Below, in pieces: positions 1 to 9,442 of a stretch of DNA of 64,000 bases (position 1 is the stretch's first letter; the number at the start of each line of letters is the position of its first letter). Origin of the DNA: an uncultured Spirochaetota bacterium (GTDB lineage: Bacteria; Spirochaetota; Spirochaetia; SZUA-6; Fen-1364); the NCBI GenBank assembly GCA_963781885.1, contig CAWAHW010000002.1, positions 800,001-864,000 of the forward strand, given 5' to 3'. The position numbers and the translations under genes were made by a program. The notes under the pieces are model-generated. The model did no database searches, was not told where the DNA came from, and saw nothing but the letters and a program-made list of their open reading frames with translations.

Positions 1-1304
1 TCCACGGCTGCGCGGCTCTGCGCCATCCGTGAGGTGAGGGAGGCGGGGATCTCCCGCTTGAGAATGTCGTCGATCACGCGCTCGCCGCGCCGCAGCGCCT
101 GCACGAGACTCACGCCGAGCCGCGCCTGCAGCCGGCCCATCTTTTCGTCCATCAGGGTGAAGGAGGAGCGGGGCATCATGATCGGCATGGGGATGCCCAT
201 GCGGTCGTAGGCGAGCGTGAGCTGCGCCCAATAGGCGATCTCGGACGGCCCCAGCACGGCGGCAAGCGTGGGGAAGACCGCGTCCTGGAAGAGGGGACGC
301 AGCATCGCGTTCGGCGTGAATGCGTCGGGATCGGATTCGAACAGGTCCGCAAGCTCGCGCGGGGAAAAACGCCTGCCCGCGGACTTGAGCTGGTAGCCGT
401 CGCCGGCAGTCAGGATCGCGTCGCGGCCGGGGGCCTGGTGGAAAAGGGTGAGGAAGCCCTGCCGCAGCTCGATCTGGGCGTGGAAACCGGCCTTCTCCAG
501 ACGCGCGGTCTGCTCGAGGGCGGCATTCGTGACGGGGCTCTTCTCCAATATCTCCCGCCGGAAAAGGGGCATCGCCATTCTCTTCAGCCGCGCATCCGAG
601 GGATCGACGAGCACGAGCCCCGTGCCGATGAAGAGACGCTTCATCCATGCCTTGAAAGCCTCGGTGTAGGTGCGTCCGGCAGCGTAGGCAACGCGCAGGT
701 CGGCAATCATCTCGGCGGAGAATCCACCTTCCGGCAGCGCGGCGGAAAGCCCGTCGATCAGGGTGTCGACCTCCGCGCCCAGCGTGACGCGGGAAACGGG
801 AATCTTTGCCGCGCCTCCACCAGGCATGCGCAGCTCCTGCAGCGCACCGTCACGGTCCGTGATCCACGCGTGATTGATCTCCTCCAGATCGCTGTCCTCC
901 GAGGCGATCCAGAAGATCGGTATCACGGGCCGGCCGAGCTTCTTCTCCCGGCTGCGGGCAAGGGAAAGGATCGTGGCCGCCTTGTGAATGGTGTAGAGCG
1001 GCCCGCCGAACAAACCTGCCTGCTGGCCGCCGATCACCACGAGTGATTCCGGCTGCTCCAAGCGGGCGATGTTTTCCCCGACCGCCGTGTCGGCGTCCGC
1101 GCCCCCATTCTGATCGCGCAGGATGCCACAAAGCGACCTCCTGTCGTACGTCGCCGCATCCACCCGGCGCGCCTGCCGTTCGAAGACCCCCGGGTCCTGG
1201 AAGTGATGCGGCAGGAGGGCCGTCACGTCGGGACGCGCTTCCCAGAATCCGGCGTACAGACCGGTCGTGGAGGGGATGTCGCGCAGGGAGATGCTTTGAA
1301 CCAT
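1..1304 (-). CDS. bshC: Bacillithiol biosynthesis cysteine-adding enzyme BshC (3' end runs off the window)
   Basis: Manual translation from ATG at 1304 (absent from the ORF track because no stop lies in the window) gives VVIGGQQAGLFGGPLYTIHKA, PIFWIASEDSDLEEINH and FTPNAMLRPLFQDAVFPTLAAVLGPSEIAYWAQL, the conserved BshC blocks. Confidence 0.85.
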   Translation of the reverse strand, partial: MVQSISLRDIPSTTGLYAGFWEARPDVTALLPHHFQDPGVFERQARRVDAATYDRRSLCGILRDQNGGADADTAVGENIARLEQPESLVVIGGQQAGLFGGPLYTIHKAATILSLARSREKKLGRPVIPIFWIASEDSDLEEINHAWITDRDGALQELRMPGGGAAKIPVSRVTLGAEVDTLIDGLSAALPEGGFSAEMIADLRVAYAAGRTYTEAFKAWMKRLFIGTGLVLVDPSDARLKRMAMPLFRREILEKSPVTNAALEQTARLEKAGFHAQIELRQGFLTLFHQAPGRDAILTAGDGYQLKSAGRRFSPRELADLFESDPDAFTPNAMLRPLFQDAVFPTLAAVLGPSEIAYWAQLTLAYDRMGIPMPIMMPRSSFTLMDEKMGRLQARLGVSLVQALRRGERVIDDILKREIPASLTSRMAQSRAAV

Positions 1305-1310
1305 GCCACT

Positions 1311-1339
1311 ATCCTACCCAAAGCGCGGAGCAGAGGCAA
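1311..1339 (-). promoter_or_regulatory. Sigma70-type promoter of bshC, probably leaderless
   Basis: TTGCCT-17 nt-TAGGAT on the minus strand; the -10 box ends 6 nt before the ATG and there is no Shine-Dalgarno. Confidence 0.5.
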
Positions 1340-1371
1340 TCTTGCCCCTGCTCCACCCCCGCCGCCTGCCG

Positions 1372-1399
1372 TTGATTTCCCCCGGCTGCACATTATACT
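1372..1399 (+). promoter_or_regulatory. Sigma70-type promoter of the P83/100 gene, probably leaderless
   Basis: TTGATT-16 nt-TATACT, 6 nt before ATG 1406. Confidence 0.5.
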
Positions 1400-1405
1400 A
1401 GGAGC

Positions 1406-3064
1406 ATGAAGCTGACCCGCCCCGTCTTCGCGATCCTCCCCGCGGTCTTCGCATTCACTCTCCTTGCCGCGGCATCGGCCTCCGCCGCCGCGCTCGGCGT
1501 CGACACGAACGAGCTGAAAACGGCCCCGAAGATCGATTTCGTGAACTACACCGGGTCCGTGAACATATTCGACACCGACCTGGACATCCGCGGCATCGGC
1601 ATGAATCTTGCCCGCCAGATACACGGCGGCCAGCCCGTCGCGAGCTTCTGGACCAAGTATTCAGCGATCCACGCCACCGACACGGCGGAGCCTGACAAGC
1701 TGAGCGCGGACATCATCTCTTTCGACAAGGACGCGAAGATCGACCACATCGACAACGTGCGCCGCGTCGTCTCCGCGTACCTTTCTTCGCTCTACCAGTA
1801 CCCGCGGCGGGACTCCGATCTCCTGGCGCTTTTCGTGTCCTACTACAATGCCGCCAACCGCGGCATCCTCGCCTATTTCACCGGCAAGTACAAGAACGTC
1901 GTGCTCTCCCACCTCACCGCGGACAAGGTGGGGCTTTCCACGAAGTACTTCGACTGGCCCGGGAAGACCCAGATCGTCATCCCCCTCAATGAGAGCGCGA
2001 CGAAGGACATCTTCGGCGCCCTCAACTCCTCGGAGATCTCCAACAAGGCGGTGATCGACCAGCTCAAGGCGCAGGACAACAAGGGCATCCCCGAGCGCAC
2101 GGCCATCAACACCCTGAAGCAGCAGGAGGTGAACCAGGGCCAGGCGGTCATCAACCAGGAGGCGAAGAAGCTCGCCGACCAGCAGCAGCAGACCGCGCAG
2201 GCCCAGGCAGCCCTGGATGCCGCCCGCAAGGCGGCGGAGCAGGCAACGACCGACCAGCAGAAGCAGGCGGCGCAGCAGCAGGTGGCGCAGCAGCAGCAGG
2301 TGGTGGACCAGAAGCAGGCGCAGCAGCAGGCCACGGAGCAGAAGATCGCGACGCAGGAAGCCGCCGTGCAGCAGAAGCAGCAGGAAGTCCAGCAGGAAAA
2401 GAAGGACATCGCCGCCGACCAGACGGCGCAGAGCGCGGCGCAGAACCCCGCGCAGGCGCAGAAGGATCTCGCCGCGCAGCAGGCGCAGGTGGCGCAGCGG
2501 GAAGCGACGGTCGCGGCCGCCGAGCAGTCGCTGAAGAACAAGCAGACCGACCAGGCGATCTTCGCCGGCAAGCTCTACTACCTGAAGATCAAGGAATACC
2601 TGACGGGCGGGCACTACAACAACGACATGCTCGTCATCGACGCCGCCACGGGCGCGGTGCTGCTGAAGTCCACCGAGGCGCAGATCTGCGGCCGCAAGTT
2701 CGACCTTTTCACCAACGGCGTCGTGGTGATCACGTACAAGACCAACCACAATGAAGGCCACTACCTGACGCTGCTCGACCTGGATACGCTCCAGCGCAAG
2801 GCCATCAGCGACGAAGCGGTCTTCTTCCGCAGCTTCGTGGAGACGCGCGACAATTTCACCTATGTCGTCGTCCAGCGCGACAACTCGTATTACCTGGGCA
2901 AGTTCAGCTCCGACATGAAGCTCGCGGCCATCTCCAAGGAGGAGGTTGACCCGGATTCCTTCATCAGCTTCTTCAACGACCTGGTGTACATCAACGGCAA
3001 GGACAAGAACATCCTGGTCCTGAACAAGGCGGACCTGACGACGAAGAAGGCGATCACGCCGTAG
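1406..3064 (+). CDS. P83/100-family spirochaete exported protein with a central Gln/Ala-rich coiled coil
   Basis: Signal peptide; N-terminal IDFVNYTG...ADIISF..DAKIDHIDNVRRVVSAYL...KVGLSTKYFDWPGKTQIVIPL block typical of Borrelia P83/100 homologs; Q/A-rich middle; beta-rich C-terminus. Confidence 0.75.
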   Translation: MKLTRPVFAILPAVFAFTLLAAASASAAALGVDTNELKTAPKIDFVNYTGSVNIFDTDLDIRGIGMNLARQIHGGQPVASFWTKYSAIHATDTAEPDKLSADIISFDKDAKIDHIDNVRRVVSAYLSSLYQYPRRDSDLLALFVSYYNAANRGILAYFTGKYKNVVLSHLTADKVGLSTKYFDWPGKTQIVIPLNESATKDIFGALNSSEISNKAVIDQLKAQDNKGIPERTAINTLKQQEVNQGQAVINQEAKKLADQQQQTAQAQAALDAARKAAEQATTDQQKQAAQQQVAQQQQVVDQKQAQQQATEQKIATQEAAVQQKQQEVQQEKKDIAADQTAQSAAQNPAQAQKDLAAQQAQVAQREATVAAAEQSLKNKQTDQAIFAGKLYYLKIKEYLTGGHYNNDMLVIDAATGAVLLKSTEAQICGRKFDLFTNGVVVITYKTNHNEGHYLTLLDLDTLQRKAISDEAVFFRSFVETRDNFTYVVVQRDNSYYLGKFSSDMKLAAISKEEVDPDSFISFFNDLVYINGKDKNILVLNKADLTTKKAITP

Positions 3065-3126
3065 CCAGGGAAGGCGAGGGCGAGCGAGTGCAGGGATGCA
3101 CGGGAGCGAGTCCATAGCCAGGGAAG
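3062..3126. repeat. 12-bp direct repeat (TAGCCAGGGAAG) around small CAGGGA-core hairpins
   Basis: Copies at 3062-3073 and 3115-3126; GTGCA-GGGA-TGCAC hairpin at 3088-3101, between convergent genes. Confidence 0.45.
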
Positions 3127-3182
3127 CGTCGTGCGCCGAAGGCGCGCGGACGGCGAGAGCCGTGACGGCACCGTCGGCCGGC

Positions 3183-5102
3183 CTATTTCGCGAAGATGGC
3201 CGCGATCTCCTTCTTGTACATGTCGTTCACGACGTCGCGCTTCAGCTTCAGCGTCCCGACGGTGAGCTCGCAGCCGACCTCGAAGTGCCGCGGGATGAGG
3301 GTGAAGCGGAACACGCGCTCGAAGAGGCGGAAGCCCTTCTTCTCGTTCACCCGTGAGTTGATCTCGTCAGAGTAGTGTTCAAGGATCTGCGGATTGGCCA
3401 TGAGGTCCTCGCGGGCCACCCAGTCGATGTCGTTTTCCTTCGCGTACTTTTCCAGCGCGTCGATATTGGGGATCACGAGGGCGCCAAGGAATTTCTGGTC
3501 CTGTCCGACCACCATGACCTGGTCGATGAGCTCGCTCTGGAGGATCGTGTCCTCGATGGGAACCGGCTCGACGTTTTCACCGCCCAGGAGCACGATCGTC
3601 TCCTTGGTCCTCCCGAGGATGCGGAGCTCGCCCCGGTGCGTCATCATGCCCACGTCGCCCGTGTTCAGCCAGCCATCCGGGGAGAGAACCTCCGCGGTCT
3701 TGTCGGGGCTCTTGTAATAGCCCTTCATCACGTTGGGGCCCTTGCAGAAGAGCACGCCCTTTTTCCCCGGCCCGACCTCGGCTCCGGTGTCCGCGTCCAG
3801 GAGCTTGATCTGCATCTCGTCGAGCGCGGGTCCGATGGTCCCCACGACGGGCCTTTTCTCCAGTCGGACCGAAACCACGGGCGCGGTCTCCGTGAGCCCG
3901 TAACCTTCGAGGAGAAGGATACCGACGGCCTGGAAGAAGCGGTCGACGTAGGGCGGCAGCGCACCGCCACCGGACACCGAGAAGCGGAACTTCCCGCCGA
4001 AAAGCGCCTTCACCTTCTTGAATACCAGGACATTGCCCAGCGCCTTGAAGGGGCTGAGGAGCAGGTAGGGGATGATACCCATCAGGAAGTCCGTCACGCG
4101 GAAACGACGGCGAAACTGCAGGGCCCATCCGCGGACGAGCGCGCGCATCATGGTGTGCGCCTCTCCCACTTTCACGAAGAATGAAAACAGGGAAGCCTTG
4201 ATCCCACCCTCTTCCCGGATCTTGCGGAATATGCCCGCGCTGACGTTCTCCCAGATCCGGGGGGCGCCCGCCATGACGGTGGGCCGCACGTCGATCATGT
4301 CGGCCATGAGCACCTTGCCGATGAGCTTGGAGTAGGCAAGTGAAGCGCCATTGCGGAACACGATGTACTCCACGATCCGCTCGAAGGAATGCCAGACCGG
4401 CAGCACGGAGAGGAAGCAGTCCCTGTTGTCGACCGTAATGCACTGGGGAACCGTGGTTCGCAGGTTGTGCAGGAAGTTCTCATTGGAGAGCATGACGCCC
4501 TTGGGCTCGCCCGTGGTGCCCGAGGTATAAATGAGCGTGGCAAGCTCGTCGCGCGTTCCCTTCTCCACCTCCCGCATGTAGACCGGGGGATCCTTTGCGA
4601 TCGCTGTCTTTCCCCTTTCCATCACGTCAGCAAAAGCATGGAGGATCACGCCGGCCGTGGCTTCCGTGAACTGTGAGGGCGCGAATTCGCCGTCCATGAC
4701 GATGATGGACTTCAAGGCCGGAAGCCCTTTCTTCTGGGAGAATATCTTTCTCACCTGCTCGGCGTTTTCCGCCACGACGAGCGCGCATTCGGCGTGGGCC
4801 AGGATGTAGCGCATTTCCTCCGGCAGGGTATCGGCTCCGCGCGGCGTGTCCGCGGCGCCGATGCCCAGTATGCCCTGGTCGGCGATGATCCATTCCTTGC
4901 GGTTGTCCGCGATGATGCCGACGTGGTCGCCGCGCTTGACGCCCAGGGTGAGGAGACCGGCACCGAAGCACGCGGAGAGCTCCGCAAACTCGGCATAAGT
5001 GACGGTTTCCCATGCGCCGCTTTTATTCTTGCTGATGAGCGCCGGTTTGTCCGGCTGACGAGCGGCGACGGCGCGAATGACCTTGACGACCGTATCTTCC
5101 AT
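3183..5102 (-). CDS. Long-chain-fatty-acid--CoA ligase (AMP-binding enzyme)
   Basis: AMP-binding motif IYTSGTTGEPKGVMLS, plus EGYGLTET, GPNVMKGYY and DGWLNTGD; start placed at ATG 5102 behind GAGG. Confidence 0.9.
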   Translation of the reverse strand: MEDTVVKVIRAVAARQPDKPALISKNKSGAWETVTYAEFAELSACFGAGLLTLGVKRGDHVGIIADNRKEWIIADQGILGIGAADTPRGADTLPEEMRYILAHAECALVVAENAEQVRKIFSQKKGLPALKSIIVMDGEFAPSQFTEATAGVILHAFADVMERGKTAIAKDPPVYMREVEKGTRDELATLIYTSGTTGEPKGVMLSNENFLHNLRTTVPQCITVDNRDCFLSVLPVWHSFERIVEYIVFRNGASLAYSKLIGKVLMADMIDVRPTVMAGAPRIWENVSAGIFRKIREEGGIKASLFSFFVKVGEAHTMMRALVRGWALQFRRRFRVTDFLMGIIPYLLLSPFKALGNVLVFKKVKALFGGKFRFSVSGGGALPPYVDRFFQAVGILLLEGYGLTETAPVVSVRLEKRPVVGTIGPALDEMQIKLLDADTGAEVGPGKKGVLFCKGPNVMKGYYKSPDKTAEVLSPDGWLNTGDVGMMTHRGELRILGRTKETIVLLGGENVEPVPIEDTILQSELIDQVMVVGQDQKFLGALVIPNIDALEKYAKENDIDWVAREDLMANPQILEHYSDEINSRVNEKKGFRLFERVFRFTLIPRHFEVGCELTVGTLKLKRDVVNDMYKKEIAAIFAK

Positions 5103-5232
5103 GGCCTGCCTCTTCAAATGCGCGAAAATCAGGTTAATTGCCCAACGATCCTAACATAGCTGACTATTGCGGTCAAGAAATTTTCGCAGCGTTTGGCATG
5201 CCCGGACGCGGGAGTCGCCCGTCGGGGCGACC

Positions 5233-6426
5233 CTATGTGAGGACCTTGAGCCTTTTGCCGACTCGCGTGAATGCGCCGACGCACGCCCGAAGATCGTCCT
5301 CGGTGTGCAGCGCGGAGACCTGCACCCTGATGCGCGCCTGGCCTTTGGGCACGACGGGATGGCTGAACCCGACAACGTAAATACCCTCGTCAAGCAGCTG
5401 CCGCGCCATGTCCACCGCGCGACGCTCGTCGTACAGCATGATGGGGACGATGGGATGGATGCCGGGCTTGATGTCAAAGCCTGCCGCGGAAATCTCGCGG
5501 CGGAAAAAGGCCGTGTTGCGCTCCAGGGTGTCGCGAAGCTCCGTGCTCCGGGAGAGCAGGTCGATCACCGCGATGCTCGTCGCGGCGACCACGGGCGCGA
5601 GGGTGTTGGAGAACAGGTAGGGCCTGCTGCGCTGCCGCAGCAGCTCCACGATCTGGGCGCGCCCGGCGACGCAGCCGCCCGTGGCCCCGCCAAGGGCCTT
5701 GCCGAATGTCGTGGAGATGAGGTCCACCCTGCCCATGACGCCGCAGTGCTCGGCCGTGCCGCGCCCCGTCTTCCCCATGAATCCCGTTGCGTGGCTGTCG
5801 TCGACCATGACCAGCGCGTGATGCTTCTCCGCGAGACCGCAGATTTCCGCGAGCTTCGCGATATCCCCGTCCATGGAAAAGACGCCATCGGTCACGACGA
5901 GCTTCAGGCGCGCCGTCGCCGCGAGGGTGAGCTTCGCATCGAGGTCCGCCATGTCGCCGTGCGCGTAGATGTGGCGCGCAGCCTTGCACAGCCGCGTGCC
6001 GTCGATGATGGACGCATGGTTGAGCTGATCGGTGATGAGGGCGCAGTCGCCGTCCAGCAGGGGCTCGAAGACCCCGCCGTTGGCATCGAAGCAGGATGAG
6101 AAAAGGATGCATGCATCGGTGCCGAGGAATGCCGCCATGCGCTTTTCAAGCGTTTCGTGCACCTCCTGGGTGCCGCAGATGAAGCGCACGGATGCCATGC
6201 CGTATCCCCAACGGTCCAGCGCCTCGTGGGCGGCCGCGACGACGGCGGGGTGCGACGCGAGCCCGAGGTAATTGTTCGCGCAGAAGTTGAGGACCTCCCG
6301 ATCGGGTCGGACCCGGATGCGCGCCCCCTGGGGCGTAGCGATCGCGTGCTCTTCCTTGTAGGTGCCGGCCGCGTGGATCTCGGCAAGACGCGCCGCGACC
6401 AGATGCCGGGATTCCTCGTCAAACAT
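5233..6426 (-). CDS. kbl: Glycine C-acetyltransferase (2-amino-3-ketobutyrate CoA ligase)
   Basis: [43 protein letters not shown] and [11 protein letters not shown]; directly downstream of tdh. Confidence 0.93.
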   Translation of the reverse strand: MFDEESRHLVAARLAEIHAAGTYKEEHAIATPQGARIRVRPDREVLNFCANNYLGLASHPAVVAAAHEALDRWGYGMASVRFICGTQEVHETLEKRMAAFLGTDACILFSSCFDANGGVFEPLLDGDCALITDQLNHASIIDGTRLCKAARHIYAHGDMADLDAKLTLAATARLKLVVTDGVFSMDGDIAKLAEICGLAEKHHALVMVDDSHATGFMGKTGRGTAEHCGVMGRVDLISTTFGKALGGATGGCVAGRAQIVELLRQRSRPYLFSNTLAPVVAATSIAVIDLLSRSTELRDTLERNTAFFRREISAAGFDIKPGIHPIVPIMLYDERRAVDMARQLLDEGIYVVGFSHPVVPKGQARIRVQVSALHTEDDLRACVGAFTRVGKRLKVLT

Positions 6427-7460
6427 GGTCGGCCTCCCCGGCGAGCTCCAGGATCACCTTGCCGCATTCGCCGCTCTGCATGACGGCGAATCCTTCCGCG
6501 AAGCGTTCAAGCGGGTAGCGATGGGTGAGCACGGGCCGCACGTCCAGACCGCTCTGCAGCATCGTCTGCATCTTGTACCACGTCTCGAATATCTCCCGCC
6601 CGTAGATTCCCTTGATGACGAGCCCTTTGAAGATGACCTGGTCCCCACCGGATGCCCGTCGAGTTCGGCAGGATGCCCAGCAGCGCGATCCTGCCGCCGT
6701 GGTGCATGTTCTCCAGCATCGTCTCGAAAGCCGTCCCATTGCCCGACATCTCGAGGCCGATGTCGAAACCGATGATGCCCAGCCGCGTGCGCGCCTCCTC
6801 GATGCTCTCCCGGCGCACGTTTACCGTCAGCGTCGCCCCCATCTTTGCGGCGAGCGCGAGCCGGTAGTCGTTGACGTCGGTGACGACGATGCGCTGGGCG
6901 CCGCAGTGCCGGCAGATCGCCGCGGCCATGATGCCGATGGGGCCGGCCCCGGTGATGAGGATGTCCTCGCCGACAAGGTCGAAGGAGAGGGCCGAATGGG
7001 TGGCATTGCCCAGCGGGTCGAGGAAGCAGGCGATCTCCGAGGGAATCTTCGGATGCACGTGCCACGCGTTTGACGCGGGCAGGGAGAGGTATTCCGCGAA
7101 GCAGCCGTCACGGTTCACGCCGATGCCCACGGTGTTCGTGCAGAGATGGCGCCGCCCGGCGCGGCAGCTCCGACAGACGCCGCAGACGATGTGCCCTTCG
7201 CCGGACACGCGCTCCCCGATCTGGTACCCGCTCACGTTCGCGCCCTTGTCCACGATGATGCCGACGAACTCGTGCCCCGTGATCAGGGGCGGCTTCAGGG
7301 TCCGCTGCGACCACTCGTCCCAGTTCCAGATGTGGAGGTCCGTGCCGCAGATCGCGGCTTTCGTGACCTTCACCATCAGGTCGTTGCCTCCGATGCGGGG
7401 CAGCGGCGCTTCCACCAGCTCCAGTCCCGGACCGGAGCGCCTCTTCATGAGCGCTTTCAT
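6419..7460 (-). CDS. tdh: L-threonine 3-dehydrogenase (one extra G at about 6643-6646, probably a sequence error)
   Basis: [29 protein letters not shown] and GAGPIG motifs. The C-terminus [24 protein letters not shown]...GKVIL is in another frame; removing one G from TGGGGAC restores a single ORF. Confidence 0.9.
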
Positions 7461-7467
7461 GCGGCTG

Positions 7468-7496
7468 AGTATACGGCCGGGCCGGCCCTTGCGCAA
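7468..7496 (-). promoter_or_regulatory. Sigma70-type promoter of tdh-kbl, probably leaderless
   Basis: TTGCGC-17 nt-TATACT, 7 nt before ATG 7460, no Shine-Dalgarno. Confidence 0.55.
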
Positions 7497-7526
7497 TTCG
7501 CGTGATGCTGCTATGACAACCGACCG

Positions 7527-8621
7527 ATGAGCACGGAACTACTTTTTGCAAGCTATCTGCCCGCGACGCTCGAGCCGAAGAACTCCATCGGCGCCAAGTG
7601 GACGCGTCTCCTGGCGGGGCTCGACCTGGCCCGGGTCGTGCGGGGAAAGCGGACGGCGATCAAGGTCCACCTGGGCGGCGGGTCGGGATTCACGACCATC
7701 CATCCCTACTTCATGCGCAGCCTCGTGGCGGCCGTGAAGGAGGCCGGCGCGCGCGACGTTTTCGTCACCGACACGCATTCCGGCGTGAAGAGCGCCATCG
7801 ACCGGGGCTACACCGCCGAAGTGCTCGGGTGTCCGATCCTTTCCATGTCCGGCCCGGACGACACCGACCTCGTGAATCTGCCCGTGGAACCGGCCTTTCG
7901 CGCGCTCTCCGGCATCTCGCTGGGCGCCGAGATCATGCGGGCGGAGGCCCTCATCGACTTTTCCCACCTGAAGGGCCACGGCTCCTGCGGCTTCGGCGGC
8001 GCGGCGAAGAATCTCTCCATGGGATGCGTGAACGAAAAGACGCGCAGCGTGCTGCATTCGCTGGAGGGCGGGCTGGAGTGGGATGCCGAGGGGTGCACGC
8101 TGTGCAAGACGTGCGAGGAGAACTGCCCGAACAAGGCCATCTCCTTCCCCGAAGACACCTTCACGGTCTTCTATCACAACTGCAAGCTCTGCCAGCACTG
8201 CGCCCTCATCTGTCCGCAGAAGGCCATCACGATGACCGGCGGCGCCTTTGCCGATTTCCAGAAGGGGCTCGCGCTCGCCGCCGACGTCGTGCTGAAGCAT
8301 TTCCCCCGTGAGAACCAGCTCTTCATCACGATGCTCATGAATATCACGGTGTTCTGCGACTGCTGGGGCATGACGACGCCGGCGCTCGTTCCTGACGTCG
8401 GCATCCTCGCCGGCAGGGACATCGTGGCAATGGAGCAGGCATCGCTGGACATGGTGCGCACGGAGAAGCTCATCCCGGGCTCCCTGCCCGCCGGCTGGGA
8501 GCTGCGACCGGGGGATCACCTTTTCGAGCGCGTGCACGGCAAGAACCCCTTTGTGATCGTGGGTGAGCTCCAGAAGCTGGGCTGGGGGCACCGCGCCTAC
8601 ACGCTCACGGAGATCGCATAG
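7527..8621 (+). CDS. DUF362-domain protein with inserted 2x[4Fe-4S] ferredoxin domain
   Basis: AIKVHLG, SHLKGH..CGFGGAAKNLSMGC, CxxCxxCxxxCP twice, and CDC...PDVGILAG.D.VA.EQASLD. Confidence 0.8.
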   Translation: MSTELLFASYLPATLEPKNSIGAKWTRLLAGLDLARVVRGKRTAIKVHLGGGSGFTTIHPYFMRSLVAAVKEAGARDVFVTDTHSGVKSAIDRGYTAEVLGCPILSMSGPDDTDLVNLPVEPAFRALSGISLGAEIMRAEALIDFSHLKGHGSCGFGGAAKNLSMGCVNEKTRSVLHSLEGGLEWDAEGCTLCKTCEENCPNKAISFPEDTFTVFYHNCKLCQHCALICPQKAITMTGGAFADFQKGLALAADVVLKHFPRENQLFITMLMNITVFCDCWGMTTPALVPDVGILAGRDIVAMEQASLDMVRTEKLIPGSLPAGWELRPGDHLFERVHGKNPFVIVGELQKLGWGHRAYTLTEIA

Positions 8622-8632
8622 CCGTCTCCCTT

Positions 8633-9433
8633 TCAGCCCGCGAGATCGAATCTCCGCGCCATGATCGCCGCCACCACGCCGCGCGGCAGGTGGCGGGCAA
8701 GAAAGCCCTGCACGCGTGCGAATCGTCCGGTAAAAGAGAGCGGCCTCGGGTTGCGCGCGCGCAGGAGGGAGAGCACCGTGCGCGCGACGACCGCGGGGGC
8801 GGAAGCTGCGGCGGTCTGGCGCGCCCGGCTCGCTCCCACGCGCGCCACCGCCGCCGCATACGGTGAGTCGGGCTTCATGACGAGCGTCTGGCCGAGCCCG
8901 GTCCGGATGAAGGTCGGCGCAACGACGCAGACCTTGATGCCGTACTCCGCGACCTCCATCCTGAGGCACTCGGCAAAGGCCCGGATGGCGGCCTTGCTCG
9001 CGGAGTAGAGCGAGGAAAAGGGGGAGGGGGCCTCGCTGCGCATCGATCCGATGAAGATCACCGTGCCCTGGCGCCTCTCCCGCATGCCCGCCAGCACCGC
9101 CTGCGTGAGCTGGATCGAGCTGAAAAGGTTGAGCTGAAAAAGCTCGCGCACCTTTTCCGGGCCCGCCTCTTCCGCGGGCCCGAGGGGGCTCGCCCCGGCA
9201 TTGTTGATCAGGACATCGACCTCGCCCGCCTGCCGCGCGAGCTCGGCGGTGGACTGCGGATCGGTTGCCTCGAAGGGGAGATACGTCACGCCATCCAGCC
9301 TGTCGGCCGGGGAAAGCTTCTCCGGAGCCCGGCAGGTCGCCACGACCCCCCATCCCTCCGCGAGCATCCCCTCCGCGATCGCCCGCCCGATGCCCTGTGA
9401 CCCGCCGGTAACGAGCACTCTGCCGTATGCCAT
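8633..9433 (-). CDS. Short-chain dehydrogenase/reductase
   Basis: TGGSQGIG, INNAG and catalytic YSASK. Confidence 0.88.
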   Translation of the reverse strand: MAYGRVLVTGGSQGIGRAIAEGMLAEGWGVVATCRAPEKLSPADRLDGVTYLPFEATDPQSTAELARQAGEVDVLINNAGASPLGPAEEAGPEKVRELFQLNLFSSIQLTQAVLAGMRERRQGTVIFIGSMRSEAPSPFSSLYSASKAAIRAFAECLRMEVAEYGIKVCVVAPTFIRTGLGQTLVMKPDSPYAAAVARVGASRARQTAAASAPAVVARTVLSLLRARNPRPLSFTGRFARVQGFLARHLPRGVVAAIMARRFDLAG

Positions 9434-9442
9434 GGTGTGCCG

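Noticed and set aside
2110-2545. CAG-rich repeats as a CRISPR array or satellite
   Set aside because: In-frame Gln codons with no constant repeat-spacer period; no cas genes or arrays seen in the window.
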